A program made the position numbers and the translations under genes. This document shows positions 8,631 through 18,190 of a DNA stretch of 64,000 bases, in pieces; position 1 is the stretch's first letter, and every line of letters starts with the position of its first letter. Origin of the DNA: Schleiferiaceae bacterium (GTDB taxonomy: Bacteria > Bacteroidota > Bacteroidia > Flavobacteriales > Schleiferiaceae); assembly GCA_964216615.1 (NCBI GenBank), contig CAXPFQ010000043.1, forward strand, positions 10,496 to 74,495, in the 5' to 3' direction. The notes under the pieces are model-generated. The model saw only the letters and a program-made list of their open reading frames with translations, searched no databases and was not told the origin of the DNA.

Positions 8631-10436
8631 GTGGGTATTAAACAACGCATTAACGCTGCGCGTGAGTTCATTAACATTCGCCTGTACGACAGTCGCAACT
8701 TTGTAATGTCTTCCTTAACAACCGGGAGTCTATTTGTTGCGACATTTACTTTACTAGTACTTGTTTTTTATCATGGATTTGATTTAGACGAAGGTCGCAA
8801 CCTCTTGGTTGGCTATATAGTTCGAGGTTCCATTGCATTTTATCTGGTGAAATTCTTCCTTGAACTGTTTTATGACTTTCATCCGTGGCAATTCCTTAAA
8901 AAGAGGAAATGGGAAGCGTTTTTAATGCTTTTCATCATTCTAGACATCTTATCAATAAATATTCTTGATTTTGAGATTCTCAATAAGATAGGTCAATACT
9001 TCAAAATAGCTGGCCTACAGGATAGCTTCCTACTCTTTTTACAAGGGTACTTCTTAGTGATCGTTGGTCTCGAATTTGGAAAAGTAGGGGAGATTTTACC
9101 GAAAAGTAAATTAAGCCCTCCAATGATGCTCATCTTAAGCTTTGTTTTACTCATAATCATGGGTACGGGCCTGTTGATGCTCCCCGAAATGACCGTTAAG
9201 GGCAATAGTGGCTTAGACTTTTTTACAGCGCTATTTACCAGTATTTCATCCAGCTGTGTTACGGGCCTTAGCCTGGTTGATATTAGTGAGGTGTTGAGTG
9301 TAAAAGGACAAACGGTAGTAATGATATTGATGCAGCTGGGTGGGCTAAATATCATTTCATTCGCAGCACTGTTTGCAATCTTACGAGGCGGTTTTGGTAT
9401 GCGCCAGGCCAACTTCATGAGTGAAAATCTTGGCGAAGACCTTAAACGAAGTCGCTCGTTAATAGCCACCATCTTTAGGTTAACTATTTTTATTGAACTC
9501 ATAGGCGCCTCCTTACTTGCCATACTATGGCGCGGGAGGTTTGAAGAATTAGGTGATAATATTTTTTACAGCCTTTTTCATAGCGTTTCCGCCTTCAACA
9601 ATGCGGGATTCTCATTATTCAGCAACAGCTTAGCGACAGAAGGAGTTAACCAAGAATTTGGAGTACATGCTATAATCGCCATTTTAATCATTTTGGGTGG
9701 TATTGGCTTCGGGACTATTTCTGATTTATTGAGGCAACCATGGCGAAAACAGGGAATTGCTAAGTCTTGGCGTAATCTTAAAGTGGGAACAAAACTTGGC
9801 CTAGTGGTTGCCGGGGTATTGATTGTGGTTGGTGCCATTATGGTTTTTATTCTGGGAAGTCATGAGGGGTCCATAGGTTCACAGCTCAGTCATAGTGTGT
9901 TTCAGAGTATTACGGCGCGGACCGCAGGATTCAACTCCGTGGATTTTGGGTCAATGGCCGCACCGATGATACTGTTCTTCATTTTCCTTATGTTCATTGG
10001 AGGTGGCTCGGGTTCCACAGCTGGGGGTATAAAAACGAGCACTTTTGCCCTTGTTTTTATGAGTGCAGCGGCTACTATACAAGGAAAGAAAAATGTGAAC
10101 ATATACAAGAGTCAGATTCCCTGGGAATTGATGAATAAAGCTTTTGCAATATTCCTGTTCTCTGCTGTTAGCGTATTGCTTGGGGTTTTCTTGCTGACCC
10201 TAGTTGAGCCAGATAAGGACTTATTAGAATTAGCTTTTGAAGAAGTGAGTGCGTTTTGTACCGTAGGACTGAGTACTGGAATTACGGCAGACTTATCAAT
10301 ATGGGGAAAGATGATTTTAATGATCTCAATGCTCATTGGTCGTGTGGGAACCTTGACCTTGGCCTTCGCACTGAGTGAGCGCAGAGTAGAATCCAATTCC
10401 TTTAAATATCCAAAGGCAACCATGCATGTGGGATAA
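8631..10436 (+). CDS. trkH: TrkH/KtrB-family potassium uptake membrane protein
   Basis: Polytopic membrane protein with selectivity-filter-like repeats TAGFNSVD, NNAGFSL and GGSGSTAGGIKT. GTG start. Confidence 0.9.
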   Translation: MGIKQRINAAREFINIRLYDSRNFVMSSLTTGSLFVATFTLLVLVFYHGFDLDEGRNLLVGYIVRGSIAFYLVKFFLELFYDFHPWQFLKKRKWEAFLMLFIILDILSINILDFEILNKIGQYFKIAGLQDSFLLFLQGYFLVIVGLEFGKVGEILPKSKLSPPMMLILSFVLLIIMGTGLLMLPEMTVKGNSGLDFFTALFTSISSSCVTGLSLVDISEVLSVKGQTVVMILMQLGGLNIISFAALFAILRGGFGMRQANFMSENLGEDLKRSRSLIATIFRLTIFIELIGASLLAILWRGRFEELGDNIFYSLFHSVSAFNNAGFSLFSNSLATEGVNQEFGVHAIIAILIILGGIGFGTISDLLRQPWRKQGIAKSWRNLKVGTKLGLVVAGVLIVVGAIMVFILGSHEGSIGSQLSHSVFQSITARTAGFNSVDFGSMAAPMILFFIFLMFIGGGSGSTAGGIKTSTFALVFMSAAATIQGKKNVNIYKSQIPWELMNKAFAIFLFSAVSVLLGVFLLTLVEPDKDLLELAFEEVSAFCTVGLSTGITADLSIWGKMILMISMLIGRVGTLTLAFALSERRVESNSFKYPKATMHVG

Positions 10437-10460
10437 AAAAACCGCCCGAAGGCGGTTTTG
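10434..10460. terminator. Bidirectional intrinsic terminator
   Basis: Sequence AAAAAAACCGCCCGAAGGCGGTTTTG: a GC stem with a CGAA loop and A/T runs on both sides. It sits between the convergent trkH and oxygenase genes. Confidence 0.75.
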
Positions 10461-10461
10461 A

Positions 10462-11295
10462 TTAATTCTTATCCTGAAAATCTAGGTCTTTAATTCCCAA
10501 CGTTTTAAGGAGTTTCTTACCGTTAATCTTTAAGGTTTCCTTTATCCCAGTGGCCATTTTACGCATGGCGCCATCATCTGGTCGCGATATGAACTTGGAA
10601 TCTCTGTAGGTGATTCCATCTTCAGGTTTCGTGTAGTAATAAGTATAGAAACTCTTGCGTGATTCGCCTTCTGGAATAGTTATTTTCCCGTATCCGTGAG
10701 GACTGTTGTCGTCTGTGTAGAAGATTACAGCCGTGTTGAAGGTTGGAGGAACTTTTGTGACCAATTCTGTCATTTCTTTATTCCATAATTCTAAATCTCC
10801 TCCGTATTCTGGTTGCCAGTTCTTATTTAGGTAGACCAAAAGGTTTAAACGGCGCCATAAACCGAGCTTTGGATTCATGTTCACATCGATGTGAACATCT
10901 ACGTATGAACCGTTACGACCCTGGTGAACCCCAGACCCTAAAGCATCCGTCGTGGTATGTAACCCATCAATACTTGTGATTCGTCCTAATTGCTCACTCC
11001 ATTCTTTGGATCCTACGGCTTCACGAACCTTTGAAAAGGATGGGTGCCAGCGCTCGAAGTGGTAATCTTCGCTTTTGTCTTCGTTCAAGCTCTTGCGCTT
11101 CACATTCAATTGCTCGATTGAGGGAAAGTTGTTGAATAGGTCCATGGCTATATCCTCTTGGAAAAAGTTTTCTAAGACGATGTGCTTACAAGGTGATGCT
11201 GTGTCATAAGCATTCTTTAATTCTGCTGAGAATGCAGGATCTAGGTATTTGGGGTTGATGATTCCTTCGACCATGGTATTAATCTTGAGTTTCAA
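10462..11295 (-). CDS. 2-oxoglutarate/Fe(II)-dependent oxygenase (prolyl-hydroxylase/Tpa1-like)
   Basis: Facial-triad-like HxD (DVHIDV), a distal His (SPHGYG) and RxS (ESRKSF). Confidence 0.75.
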   Translation of the reverse strand: MKLKINTMVEGIINPKYLDPAFSAELKNAYDTASPCKHIVLENFFQEDIAMDLFNNFPSIEQLNVKRKSLNEDKSEDYHFERWHPSFSKVREAVGSKEWSEQLGRITSIDGLHTTTDALGSGVHQGRNGSYVDVHIDVNMNPKLGLWRRLNLLVYLNKNWQPEYGGDLELWNKEMTELVTKVPPTFNTAVIFYTDDNSPHGYGKITIPEGESRKSFYTYYYTKPEDGITYRDSKFISRPDDGAMRKMATGIKETLKINGKKLLKTLGIKDLDFQDKN

Positions 11296-11310
11296 ATATA
11301 GGATTTGCTA

Positions 11311-12108
11311 CTATTTTCCTCTAGTCTTATCCGTTAGTTTTCCGTAGACCTTGAAAAATATTTTCGGCAAGTACCTTTTGAAGGGCACCGCCCATTTTTC
11401 ATATTTCCCTATAACAACGTGCAGGGGTGGTTGGTTCTTTTGAGTGATCCGGTAGAATTTTCGGGCCAATTCCTCTGGAAGCATTCCTTTCTCCTGTGCC
11501 ACACTGTTTTTACCAATAGGCTTGCCATCCGGTCCCAAACTGCTCAGCGTCACATTAGTGTTGATGAAGCCAGGACTCAAGATTCCTGCATGCACCGGCG
11601 TTTTGCGCAGCTCATACTGTAGGCTTTCCATATAACCGACGACCGCGAATTTGCTCGCTGCATAGGCGGCAAGTTTTGGGCTACCGAAGTAAGAGAGTAT
11701 ACTGGCCACGGACCAAATCTGTCCCGAACCCTGCTCCAACATCACAGGCACCATCGCTTTGGTCAAGGCTGCTGTACCCCAAAAATTGGTCTGCATCACC
11801 TTTTCCTCGACATCGAGCGCCATATCAACGACCCGGCCTAAATGCCCCATGCCGCCGTTATTGACTAGAATATCGATCTGGCCAGTATGGCTCAGCGCCT
11901 GCGTTGTCCATTGCTCAGCCTTCTCGTATTGGGTCAAGTCCAACACCAACACAGCGCTATTTTCTGGATAGGGCAGCTGATGTTGAACCTCAGCAAGGAT
12001 TTCAGCACGTCTGGCACTCAAAATGGTAAAGTAACCATGGCGATTGAATTCCATGGCCAAAGCCCTGCCTATTCCGCTACTACTTCCTGTAATCCAAGCT
12101 GTTTTCAT
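11311..12108 (-). CDS. Short-chain dehydrogenase/reductase (SDR)
   Basis: Cofactor motif TGSSSGIGRA, plus NNGG and the catalytic YAASK. Confidence 0.9.
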   Translation of the reverse strand: MKTAWITGSSSGIGRALAMEFNRHGYFTILSARRAEILAEVQHQLPYPENSAVLVLDLTQYEKAEQWTTQALSHTGQIDILVNNGGMGHLGRVVDMALDVEEKVMQTNFWGTAALTKAMVPVMLEQGSGQIWSVASILSYFGSPKLAAYAASKFAVVGYMESLQYELRKTPVHAGILSPGFINTNVTLSSLGPDGKPIGKNSVAQEKGMLPEELARKFYRITQKNQPPLHVVIGKYEKWAVPFKRYLPKIFFKVYGKLTDKTRGK

Positions 12109-12129
12109 ATGCCTAAAATACAGGAAAGT

Positions 12130-14097
12130 TTAGTACTTCTGGTTGCGATTTCCGCTTGGTTTACCTTTCGAACGATCCCTGTTTTCGCCTCTTGGTCCAC
12201 CATACCCTCCTCGTGAGCGAGAACGATCTGAATCAAACGAAGGGCGGTCATTACGTCGGCGTGGACGGCTATGGTCACCACCTCTGAAATCATCACCTCT
12301 ATCGTCGCGTCGCTTTCTTGGGCGGTCGTCATTGCTGCGGAAGTTTTGGTCTCGATCGTCTCTGCGACGGTCTCCACGGCCATTGCGACCTTCGAAGCGA
12401 TTATCACCGCGGAATTTCTTTCCACTAGAGATGCGTTCACGCTTTTGACGACGTTGGCCACCTGAAGCACCTCCGCTAGAACCAGAGCCTTCTTCGAAGT
12501 AGGCATTAACTACATAAGAGCCTGTTTTCGAGCCGCTCAATCGGACAGCTACTTCTACGGCAAATCGTTCTTCCACGTCGATACGTGTAAAGGTTTTATC
12601 CATATCAATCTTCCCGATGCGGATTTTCTTGCCTTCCATAGTGTCGTTGATCAATCCGATCAAGCGACTTGGGTTTACGTTTTGACGGTATCCTAAATCA
12701 ACTACGATGGTTTTGAACCCTTCCTCGCTGCCGCCGCCAGATTTGCGTGGTCCGTGCTCCTTGAATTTCTTCGGTTGTTCGTTAATATCACGTGCTCCGC
12801 GGTAACGACTCAAAATCAATGATGTTTCATGACCTAGGAATCGTTCGATGAGTTCTGCTTTGTTGAGGTGGGCCAATTTATCCATGGCGCTGTCCAGCAA
12901 CATTGGATCCAATTCATTGGCGAATTCAAATTCCACCAACTCATCAATGGCTTGACCTATTTTGATTTCACATATTGCCTCACCACTAGGTACTTTTTTC
13001 TGTTCGAATTCCTTACCGATAATTCGTTCTAGATTATTCACCTTGCGCATATTCCGTCCGTGAGTAATGACAATAGAAATACCAGAAGATCCGGCACGTC
13101 CGGTACGACCTGAACGGTGTACATAGACTTCTGGATCATCAGGGATATTTACGTTGATTACGTGGGTCAGTTCATTGACATCGATACCGCGTGCAGCTAC
13201 ATCGGTAGCGACCATTACATTCAATTTGCGCTTGCGGAAGCGGTTCATCACCTCATCGCGTTGCGCTTGGCTCAAATCTCCGTGCAACGCTTCTGCGCGA
13301 TACCCGTCGGTAATGAGCTGTTCAGCAATACTCTGCGTTTCGCGACGCGTTCTACAGAATACAATGCCGTACATGTTTGGATTGAAGTCCATGATGCGAC
13401 GCATTGCTTCGTAGGTGTGCTTGGCACTTACTACGTACAGTTCATGGCTCACGTTGCTCGCTGAAATATTGCGCTTGCCCGCAGAGATTTCCTTGGGCTC
13501 ATGTAAGTACTTCTTAGTGAGTTTCTTCATGCCATCGGGCATGGTGGCACTATAACAAAGTGTTTGCTTGTATTCGGGAGTATTGGCAAGAATAGCGTCC
13601 AATTCATCTTGAAAGCCCATGCTCAACATCTCATCAGCCTCATCTAATACCAAGAATTGAACATCTTCAATGCGAAGTTTCTTGCGCTCGATCAAATCGA
13701 GCGTTCGCCCTGGGGTACCCACAACGATTTGTGGACGTTGCTGTAGTTCTTTAATCTGCTTAGTAATGGGAGCACCACCATAGACGGCAGTGACTTTGAC
13801 CGGCATGAACTTCGAATACGCCTCGATATCCGCAGCAATTTGTAAACATAATTCCCGGGTTGGAGCCAAAATAATGGCCTGAACATGCTGCACATCTTCT
13901 TCAAGTTGGTGAAGAATAGGCAACGAGAATGCTGCTGTCTTACCAGTTCCGGTTTGTGCAAATGCGATTAAATCCGTGGTGTTTTCGAGCAAATGTTCAA
14001 TGCTCATCTTTTGGATTGGGGTGGGTTCAACAAACCCGAGTGCTTCTACACCCTGTACAATTTGAGGGTGAAGACCGCTGTCTTTAAAGGTTTCCAT
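12130..14097 (-). CDS. deaD: DEAD-box RNA helicase, DeaD/CsdA-like, with a DbpA-type RNA-binding domain and a long Arg/Gly/Asp-rich tail
   Basis: Motifs AQTGTGKT, DEAD, SAT and HRSGRTGRAG. The C-terminal 120 aa or so are low complexity (RRQKRERISSGKKFRGDNRFEGRNGRGDRRRDDRD...). Confidence 0.95.
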   Translation of the reverse strand: METFKDSGLHPQIVQGVEALGFVEPTPIQKMSIEHLLENTTDLIAFAQTGTGKTAAFSLPILHQLEEDVQHVQAIILAPTRELCLQIAADIEAYSKFMPVKVTAVYGGAPITKQIKELQQRPQIVVGTPGRTLDLIERKKLRIEDVQFLVLDEADEMLSMGFQDELDAILANTPEYKQTLCYSATMPDGMKKLTKKYLHEPKEISAGKRNISASNVSHELYVVSAKHTYEAMRRIMDFNPNMYGIVFCRTRRETQSIAEQLITDGYRAEALHGDLSQAQRDEVMNRFRKRKLNVMVATDVAARGIDVNELTHVINVNIPDDPEVYVHRSGRTGRAGSSGISIVITHGRNMRKVNNLERIIGKEFEQKKVPSGEAICEIKIGQAIDELVEFEFANELDPMLLDSAMDKLAHLNKAELIERFLGHETSLILSRYRGARDINEQPKKFKEHGPRKSGGGSEEGFKTIVVDLGYRQNVNPSRLIGLINDTMEGKKIRIGKIDMDKTFTRIDVEERFAVEVAVRLSGSKTGSYVVNAYFEEGSGSSGGASGGQRRQKRERISSGKKFRGDNRFEGRNGRGDRRRDDRDQNFRSNDDRPRKRRDDRGDDFRGGDHSRPRRRNDRPSFDSDRSRSRGGYGGPRGENRDRSKGKPSGNRNQKY

Positions 14098-14249
14098 AAT
14101 GTCGGGACTTAGCCCTGGTTTAATTTACCCAGTTCCGCTGGGTGCGCCAATTGGACGTCAGCGCTTCCCAGTTAAAAGTTCCCTACCGTTGGAAAGATGG
14201 ACGCCCCCTATATTCAGCGGCGAAGGTAGTGGAAATATATGGTATTAAA

Positions 14250-14879
14250 TTATTTTTCTGCTATAGCACGAATAACCCATGCCGTACCTTGGTGGTACAT
14301 GCCCTCATTGAGTTCAATACATTCTTCCCACACCCTAAGGTTTTGAAAATCCGATAATAGGGACTTGATCTTCGGAACTGTAAATAGCATGCTAAGGTCT
14401 TGTGGTCCGCCGCTTCCAAGACCTAAATTCTTCTCTGAGAACCCTTCGATTAGGACGGTCCCTCCAGGTTTTAATTGTTCGAAGATATGAGTATACGTAG
14501 GCGCTAAGACGGCTTCTGGAGTGTGGAAATAACAAAATGCTACAGCATCCAACGATTCTGGACACGCATAATTCATGGCATTTCCCACATGGTATTCCAT
14601 TTCAACGTTTTGGTCTTTGGCGAGCTTCAACGCCTTCTTTTTACCTTCTTTACTTTGATCTGATGCCCAAACCTTCCATCCTTTTCTTGCCGCATGCACG
14701 GCATTACGGCCTTCGCCTTCTGCGGGGAAATAAATATTTCCAGGATCTAATCTTTCTAGAGAAAGTGCAATGAATACGTTAGGCGCTTTACCATAGGCAT
14801 ATGATTGCTCTCGATATCGATTGTTCCAAAAATCTTGTGGGTTCATGGGGTATTTAGATATACGAACGAATTTAATCAC
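14250..14879 (-). CDS. Class I SAM-dependent methyltransferase
   Basis: 209 aa with a motif I-like segment, YFPAEGEGRNAVHAARKGWKVWASDQS. Confidence 0.8.
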   Translation of the reverse strand: MIKFVRISKYPMNPQDFWNNRYREQSYAYGKAPNVFIALSLERLDPGNIYFPAEGEGRNAVHAARKGWKVWASDQSKEGKKKALKLAKDQNVEMEYHVGNAMNYACPESLDAVAFCYFHTPEAVLAPTYTHIFEQLKPGGTVLIEGFSEKNLGLGSGGPQDLSMLFTVPKIKSLLSDFQNLRVWEECIELNEGMYHQGTAWVIRAIAEK

Positions 14880-14940
14880 GAATGTATTGGATGAGTGATG
14901 ATCAAGGACTAATCTTTTTTTAAAATTTGCCCGGTAGTGA

Positions 14941-14970
14941 TTGCTAAATAGAAAGTCTATTCTATATTTG
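14941..14970 (+). promoter_or_regulatory. Bacteroidetes sigma-A promoter for rpmH (TTG-N19-TATATTTG)
   Basis: TTG at 14941-14943 and TATATTTG at 14963-14970. The ATG is at 15005. Confidence 0.5.
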
Positions 14971-15004
14971 CACCCCCGAAGACGATAGGGAAAATTATAT
15001 TGTT

Positions 15005-15163
15005 ATGAAACGCACATTCCAGCCCAGCAATAGAAAGCGCAAAAACAAACACGGATTCCGTTCTAGAATGGAGTCAGTAGACGGACGTAAGGTTTTAGCT
15101 TCTCGTCGCGCCAAAGGTCGCAAAAGCTTGACCGTAAGTGATAAAGGAAACTACAAAGGGTAA
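15005..15163 (+). CDS. rpmH: 50S ribosomal protein L34
   Basis: Absent from the ORF track because it is under 60 aa. My translation is [52 protein letters not shown], which fits the L34 consensus. Confidence 0.9.
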   Translation: MKRTFQPSNRKRKNKHGFRSRMESVDGRKVLASRRAKGRKSLTVSDKGNYKG

Positions 15164-15189
15164 TGTTTAAAACCTTTTGATAAGATACA

Positions 15190-15218
15190 GGTGTTGCCGA
15201 AAGCAACACCTTTTTTTT
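15190..15218 (+). terminator. Intrinsic terminator of rpmH
   Basis: Stem GGTGTTGC/GCAACACC, loop CGAAA, followed by T8. Confidence 0.8.
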
Positions 15219-15233
15219 GGTCTAATCCGCACC

Positions 15234-15241
15234 TAACTTTG
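15234..15241 (+). promoter_or_regulatory. -7 promoter box TAACTTTG upstream of carB
   Basis: Exact TAnnTTTG match, 19 nt upstream of the ATG at 15260. Confidence 0.4.
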
Positions 15242-15259
15242 TACAAATCTTAAAAGCAC

Positions 15260-18112
15260 ATGCCGAAAGACAACTCCATCAAACACGTCCTCATCATCGG
15301 GTCCGGTCCTATCGTTATTGGTCAAGCCTGTGAATTTGACTATTCTGGATCCCAAGCATCACGAAGCCTTCGAGAAGAAGGAATCACCGTAACACTCATC
15401 AATTCGAACCCTGCCACCATCATGACAGATGAGGTTATCGCGGATAACATCTATCTGAAAGCATTGACCGTGGAAAATATTGAGGAAATCCTTAAAATTC
15501 ATCCGGACATTGATGTAGTCCTGCCAACGATGGGTGGTCAGACGGCTTTGAATTTGTGCATCGATGCGGACAAGCAAGGAGTTTGGGAAGAGCATAATGT
15601 GCGGATTATCGGTGTAGATATTGATGCCATCAACATTACTGAGGACCGGGATGAGTTCCGCAAATTGATGGAGCAAATAGATATCCCAATGGCGCCTTCG
15701 CGCATCGCAAAATCTTTCTTGCGGGGAAAGGAAACCGCTCAGGAGTTCGGTTTTCCATTGTGTGTGCGCGCATCATTTACCCTAGGAGGAGCTGGAGCAA
15801 CTTTTGTGCATACGCCGGAGGAGTTTGATGAAGCCTTGAGTCGAGGATTGGAAATCAGTCCTATTCATGAGGTAATGATTGATAAGGCCTTGCTAGGCTG
15901 GAAGGAATACGAGCTTGAGTTGCTTCGCGATAAGAACGACAACATCATCATCATTTGTTCTATTGAGAACATGGATCCTATGGGTATCCATACGGGTGAT
16001 TCTATTACAGTAGCACCGGCGATGACCTTGAGCGATACAACGTACCAGAAGATGCGTGATATGGCCATCAAGATGATGCGTAGTATTGGAACCTTTGCCG
16101 GAGGGTGTAATGTTCAGTTTGCAGTAAGCCCAGATGAGAAAGAAGATATCGTCGCGATTGAGATTAACCCTCGTGTAAGCCGTTCTTCTGCTTTGGCGTC
16201 GAAAGCAACGGGTTATCCTATTGCGAAGGTGGCAGCGAAGATGGCTATTGGGTACACGCTAGATGAACTCAACAACCAAATCACCAAGACCACTACTGCG
16301 TATTTCGAGCCAACCTTGGATTACGTGATTGTGAAAATTCCGCGTTGGAACTTCGAGAAGTTCGAAGGTGCGGATACCCGTCTAGGCATTCAAATGAAGG
16401 CTGTAGGTGAGGTAATGGGAATAGGTCGCAGCTTCCAGGAAGCACTCCACAAAGCCGCGCAGAGTTTGGAAATCAAGCGCAACGGCCTAGGTGCAGATGG
16501 TAAAGGATTGACAGATCAGGACACCATCCTACACAAATTAGAATATGCTTCATCGGATCGACTGTTTGTCATTTATGACGCGATCCAGATGGGTATTCCA
16601 CTTCGTACCATTTACGACATCACCAAAATAGATATGTGGTTCCTCAAGCAGATTGAGGATTTGGCCCGAGTTCAAGGTGAGATTGAAAAACATACCTTGG
16701 AGTCTTTGCCAAAGGATTTGATTCTTGAGGCTAAAATGAAAGGTTTCGCGGATCGACAGATTGCACACATGATCCATGCCTTAGAAAGTGAAGTTCACAG
16801 GAAGCGTACGGATTTAGGTATTAATCGTGTTTGGAAACTGGTGGATACTTGTGCGGCTGAATTCCCTGCGCAGACGCCATATTATTACTCGACATTTGAA
16901 AATTCGTTCGTTACGGCAGACGGTGTAGAAGTTATCGAGAATGAAAGTGTGGTCACAGATCGTGAAAAGATTGTGGTTCTTGGTTCTGGGCCCAACCGTA
17001 TTGGTCAAGGGATTGAGTTTGATTACAGCTGTGTTCACGGGGTATTAAGTGCTCGTGAAGAGGGTTATGAAACCATCATGATCAACTGTAACCCAGAAAC
17101 GGTTAGTACGGATTTCGATACGGCAGATAAGTTGTACTTCGAGCCGGTATTCTGGGAGCATATATACGACATCATCCTGCATGAAAAACCTAGAGGAGTT
17201 ATTGTGCAGCTCGGAGGTCAAACAGCATTGAAACTAGCAGAGAAATTGAGCCGTTACGGCATTGAAATCATCGGCACCTCATACGAAGCCTTAGATTTAG
17301 CCGAAGACCGTGGTCGTTTCTCAACGCTATTGAAAGAGATCAACATTCCTTATCCAAAATTTGACGTAGCGACGAATGCTGATGAGGCATTGGATATTGC
17401 GGATGATCTCGGGTTCCCTATTCTGGTCCGTCCTTCCTACGTATTGGGTGGTCAAGGGATGAAAATCGTCATCAACAAATCTGAACTCGAGCGTCACGTG
17501 GTGAACCTCTTTAAAGAGTTCGAAGGAAACCGAGTCTTGCTTGATCATTACCTCGATGGGGCCATAGAAGCAGAGGCAGACGCTATTTGTGACGGTGAGA
17601 ACGCCTATATCATTGGGATCATGGAGCACATCGAGCCTTGTGGCATTCACTCTGGAGATAGCTCAGCAGTATTGCCTCCATTCAATCTAGGTCCATTGGT
17701 CATGCAGCAGATAGAGGAGCACACGGTGAATATTGCCAAAGCCCTACAAACCCAGGGATTGATCAATATCCAGTTTGCCATCAAGGACGATATTGTGTAC
17801 ATCATTGAAGCAAATCCACGTGCTTCACGTACTGTTCCGTTCATCTGTAAGGCATATGGTGAGCCCTATGTGAATTACGCTACCAAGGTTATGTTGGGAA
17901 CAAAGAAGGTAAGTGACTTTGATTTTAAACCGGCATTAGACGGTTATGCGGTTAAAATCCCAGTCTTCAGCTTTAGTAAATTCCCAAATGTGAATAAGGC
18001 TCTGGGTCCGGAGATGAAATCCACGGGTGAGGCCATTCACTTTATTAAAGATCTAAAGGATCCAACGTTCAGGAAATTACATAGTGAGCGTAGCCTCTAC
18101 TTGAGCCGCTAG
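15260..18112 (+). CDS. carB: Carbamoyl-phosphate synthase large subunit (950-aa short form)
   Basis: Two ATP-grasp halves begin GSGPIVIGQACEFDYSG and GSGPNRIGQGIEFDYSC. The protein ends soon after the second half. Confidence 0.95.
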   Translation: MPKDNSIKHVLIIGSGPIVIGQACEFDYSGSQASRSLREEGITVTLINSNPATIMTDEVIADNIYLKALTVENIEEILKIHPDIDVVLPTMGGQTALNLCIDADKQGVWEEHNVRIIGVDIDAINITEDRDEFRKLMEQIDIPMAPSRIAKSFLRGKETAQEFGFPLCVRASFTLGGAGATFVHTPEEFDEALSRGLEISPIHEVMIDKALLGWKEYELELLRDKNDNIIIICSIENMDPMGIHTGDSITVAPAMTLSDTTYQKMRDMAIKMMRSIGTFAGGCNVQFAVSPDEKEDIVAIEINPRVSRSSALASKATGYPIAKVAAKMAIGYTLDELNNQITKTTTAYFEPTLDYVIVKIPRWNFEKFEGADTRLGIQMKAVGEVMGIGRSFQEALHKAAQSLEIKRNGLGADGKGLTDQDTILHKLEYASSDRLFVIYDAIQMGIPLRTIYDITKIDMWFLKQIEDLARVQGEIEKHTLESLPKDLILEAKMKGFADRQIAHMIHALESEVHRKRTDLGINRVWKLVDTCAAEFPAQTPYYYSTFENSFVTADGVEVIENESVVTDREKIVVLGSGPNRIGQGIEFDYSCVHGVLSAREEGYETIMINCNPETVSTDFDTADKLYFEPVFWEHIYDIILHEKPRGVIVQLGGQTALKLAEKLSRYGIEIIGTSYEALDLAEDRGRFSTLLKEINIPYPKFDVATNADEALDIADDLGFPILVRPSYVLGGQGMKIVINKSELERHVVNLFKEFEGNRVLLDHYLDGAIEAEADAICDGENAYIIGIMEHIEPCGIHSGDSSAVLPPFNLGPLVMQQIEEHTVNIAKALQTQGLINIQFAIKDDIVYIIEANPRASRTVPFICKAYGEPYVNYATKVMLGTKKVSDFDFKPALDGYAVKIPVFSFSKFPNVNKALGPEMKSTGEAIHFIKDLKDPTFRKLHSERSLYLSR

Positions 18113-18134
18113 GGAAAACAGTTCGTAAACTAAG

Positions 18135-18166
18135 ATCCCGGTGTACTTGACGCCGGGATTCTTTTT
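18135..18166 (+). terminator. Probable intrinsic terminator of carB
   Basis: Stem ATCCCGG/CCGGGAT with an 11-nt loop, followed by TTCTTTTT. Confidence 0.6.
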
Positions 18167-18190
18167 ATCTTGTTGAAAATTTCTAACAGC

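Noticed and set aside
12105-12506. Long ORFs in three alternative frames (12105..12506 -, 12143..12448 +, 12271..12465 +)
   Set aside because: These are artefacts of the repetitive GA/CG-rich codons that encode the helicase's RGD-rich tail. The translations are monotonous low complexity.
14142-14357. 71-aa plus-strand ORF across the deaD leader and the methyltransferase 3' end
   Set aside because: It lies antisense to a well-supported methyltransferase and to the helicase leader, and the sequence is implausible.
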